Part shown: one piece after another, positions 60,978 through 64,000 of the stretch
How the letters are laid out: every line of letters starts with the position of its first letter
Position numbering within the stretch: position 1 is the first letter of the stretch
Assembly: GCA_001643675.2 (NCBI GenBank)
Contig: LSRY02000009.1
Coordinates: 806,001 to 870,000, forward strand
Length of the DNA stretch: 64,000 nt
From: Monocercomonoides exilis PA203
Taxonomy: Eukaryota; Protista; Preaxostyla
Reading direction: 5' to 3'
Notes under the pieces: model-generated
Seen by the model: the letters and a program-made list of their open reading frames with translations, nothing else
Databases searched by the model: none
What the model was told of the DNA's origin: nothing
Position numbers and translations under genes: made by a program

Positions 60978-61326
60978 ATTATTTTTTCAGTCATGAACTT
61001 TTTGGAACATTTTTTTAACTATAAGGGTTCAAATTTTCATTTTTATTTATTCACTAAAGAAAAATGAGACAATTTTGAAAATGATGATGTTTATTTATTA
61101 TTAAATATCATTTGAACATAAAGAAAAAACACAACACACAACTATTTAAATCAAGAGAAATCAATTATGAAAAGGTTGGATTGTTTTCGTTGGCACTGAA
61201 GCATTATTTAGAAATAAATTCCATATTTGGAAAGTTTGGTGCATTTCAACAAAAATTTGAGCAAAATTTGAAATTATTGATTTTTAAGAAAGTTAAACAT
61301 TTGTGATTTTTTAAAAAGAATTACCC
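59527..61326. mobile_element. MITE family A, copy 3, split by a Tc1 element (halves 59527-59640 and 61201-61326)
   Basis: Halves sum to exactly 240 bp; rejoined spacer aligns with copy 2; flanks atct/atat. Confidence 0.85.
59641..61198 (+). mobile_element. Tc1-like element (~1.56 kb) with decayed DD34E transposase (59925-~60918)
   Basis: ATG at 59925 MPR; GRP; CFVDEKKFNLDG; FVHDNAYIH; WLPYSPDLHPTENVW; VIEAKGSYTK. Right end CACTG; TA precedes the left end. Confidence 0.9.
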
Positions 61327-61329
61327 ATA

Positions 61330-62316
61330 TCATTAAAAAAACGATGATAAAACTGGTCTATTTGGAGACGCTCCTCTTTCAACTGTTTATCCTTTCTGTC
61401 GGATTCACCATCATCATTAAAAGAAGATGTTTTTTTTCTTTTTCGAAGAGCAGCACATCACTTGTGCTTTCTTCCTCACCTATCTCTTCAACAACCTCAA
61501 CTGCTGTCGTTCCACATGCTCCTCTCCAGTTTCTTCTGTTAGAAAGTTTTTTATTGAATCTTCACATTCTTAGGTTTATCTTTCTCTTTCTCTCTCTCCT
61601 CACAAGCATCGTCTTCTCCTGATGCTTCCCAAAGGATATAAAGCTTTTCTTCTCCTTGTCTGCATCTGTGTTCCACAAAATAATAACTCGACATGAAAAA
61701 TCAGCTCTCAGTTGAGATAATGTTCTGAATGATACGTCAGTGATATATAATTTGTTCCCACAACGTGAAATGGTGAATAAAAAAATGTGCTTTGCGATAA
61801 ATGATGGATGAATGAAAATTCAATGAAGGGTGAGATGATTGGAGAAGGAAAAGTGGAAGAAGGAGTCGGAAAAATAATCTGTCAATAACCCACTGCATCC
61901 TGCTCATTCCGATTAAAGAGGAAGCATCTCTACCATTTCTCCTTATTCAAATGTTTGTCAGACTACGTGTGAACAACTGTTGACATCTTTCTGCCTTCTC
62001 CTTCAAACTCTGCCTCAGAAATGTCAAACTAAAAAATCATCTTTGGATGAAACTAACTATTCAAACGCTTTGATTGATTAATTAATGCGCAACTCGAGGT
62101 GACAATAAAATTATAGCCAGAAGTCTTTGAGGCATTTCATTTTGTGCTGCTTTCACACTGTGAAGATGAGATTTTCGTTTGAAAGGAACATCACATTTGC
62201 CACATTGTGTGTATTTCATGCAAAATGGGAATATGATATTTAATATTAAAGGCTTCTCCAGTGTTTCAGTTTGTTATTAACTGATGTCCATTCTCAGATG
62301 AATTGATGCTCATTCT

Positions 62317-62385
<69 letters not shown>

Positions 62386-63430
62386 TTTAACATGCACAGA
62401 ATTGAAAATCAAAGTGAGTGAAAAGTGAAGCAGAACTCCATTTGTACAGCCTTATTGCCTCTCATCCACAAATTCACCTCGCAATGAACATTAATCGCGA
62501 TCAGCTGGTCAACGACTGCTTTGGATATGATTGAATTGATGGGTGTTTTAAAGCATGGTGTGTTGTTATCGGTGATATCTGTGGTACACCACACGAACAG
62601 CAGTATGTTGTTCACCACAGTTTCTTTCATATTTACCGGGTTCATTCTCATCACTATCTGGGTGTCAAACTGCAAAAACACTTTTTCTTTCATTCAAACT
62701 TTCTTTAACTTGTTCATTATTTCAAAAAATATATTCTGATGTGAACAAGTCGAGTTTCTTCTTCTGTTATTTTCGTGCTTCACCATTATGGAATCTTTCT
62801 TTTCCTTTTCTGCTTCATCAATGAATTTGCACAGTATCGTTGAAGTGATGGATGTGACAACACTTCATCGAATGCAAAGATCTTCAACATACGCTTCTGT
62901 GAAAGAATACATCAACAACTGATTGTTCTCTCCAAAAATGAATGACGAGATATACTTCATTCCCGTTCCTCTGTTCCTCTTCGGCTCCTCAAATGAACGG
63001 AGGGTATTTGGATTCCATCGAAAAAACTTTTCACAAAATAAATTTGTTGCAAGCAAATGCGCCATTCGAAATCATGTCACTATCAATGGACCATTTTTGT
63101 GTGAAGGGAGGAAAGAATGTTGAAAGAGTCGTTGAGATTAAAGAAGTCAAAGATAATGACTGACGTATTCCCTGTTTGGCTGAATTTTATCTTTGATTCA
63201 GATGATATTTTTTTAATGTTCTCGTCTTTATCTTTCCACTCATCGGCTGCTCCGTTTCTTTCGCCTGCGATCCACTTAATGCTTTTTATCACTTTCAGAG
63301 TGTTAATTGACAATGTTTTCATCATGAAGTCGTAAGATGTGGTCAAACATTGCATTTTTTCCACACAATTATTTTCGATAATGACTTTGTGATGAATGCT
63401 CCTCCGCCAACAGCTATCTATTGGATTGAA
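61330..63430 (-). pseudogene. Degenerate host-gene-like remnant, product unknown
   Basis: Chain of short minus-strand ORFs (62409-63364) separated by stops. Confidence 0.4.
62321..62382. repeat. (CT)n microsatellite
   Basis: Read directly. Confidence 0.95.
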
Positions 63431-64000
63431 AACAATTCAAAAATCATGTGGGCTTCAGAAGAGGAAAAAAGATAATGATGATAAGTTTTTAAAGAAGGAG
63501 AAATAATTCGAGAAAACGAGCGTGATTATTTTTGAAATCATTTCTTTTTTCGGTGTATTAAAATAAAAATTCACTTATGAACATAGCTTGAAAATTTATA
63601 TTTGCAAACTTTTTGAGTTATTATTGTTTCAAAATCAAACGTTTGAAATGTGCTCAAGAAAATATTTTTAAAGACAGTGCGATAACTTATCAATGTTCAC
63701 AAGCAAAAATGAAAAACAAATAATTTTATTAAAAAACCTAACAGAAAAAATATTTTGTCGAAAATAATCACACACGAAAAAAAATAAAGAATTCATTATC
63801 ATGAATAAATGTTCACATCCAAATAGACACATTTTCTTTTTGTAATTTTGAAATAAAAGGTTCTCTACAAACCTTTGAAAGTTTCTTCTTTTCAAATTTC
63901 CTGATACAATTTAGAATTCTGTATCTTTCAATATCATCGTTTCTTCCAATTTTATTCGAATGATAACTTTTCCTAACGGATTGGAAATTTCAAAGATAAT

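Overview
AT-rich eukaryotic genomic DNA with short GT-AG introns, standard genetic code and abundant GAA/TTC/GA microsatellites. Gene-family style most resembles the oxymonad Monocercomonoides (my recognition, not verified). Left two-thirds (1-45 kb): a paralog- and pseudogene-rich gene region. It holds six copies of a three-exon ~430-aa helical protein family, an intronless 725-aa protein made of 22 in-register 30-aa ankyrin-like 'GxTMAMxWI...PPEWMRHD' units, type-I membrane proteins of probable beta-helix type (intact and decayed), a disrupted papain-like homolog lacking catalytic residues, and large low-complexity ORFs. Right third (46-61.3 kb): a nested DNA-transposon graveyard with decayed Merlin/IS1595-like, pogo/DDE_1, PIF-Harbinger/ISL2EU-like, Sola2-like and Tc1 (DD34E) transposases. 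It also has a TA-flanked foldback element and two GGG...CCC-ended MITE families (240 bp and 268 bp) with 4-bp TSDs, and several insertions can be undone by hand to restore the host element. No rRNA, tRNA or CRISPR array was seen. All assignments come from reading motifs by eye; no database search was run.
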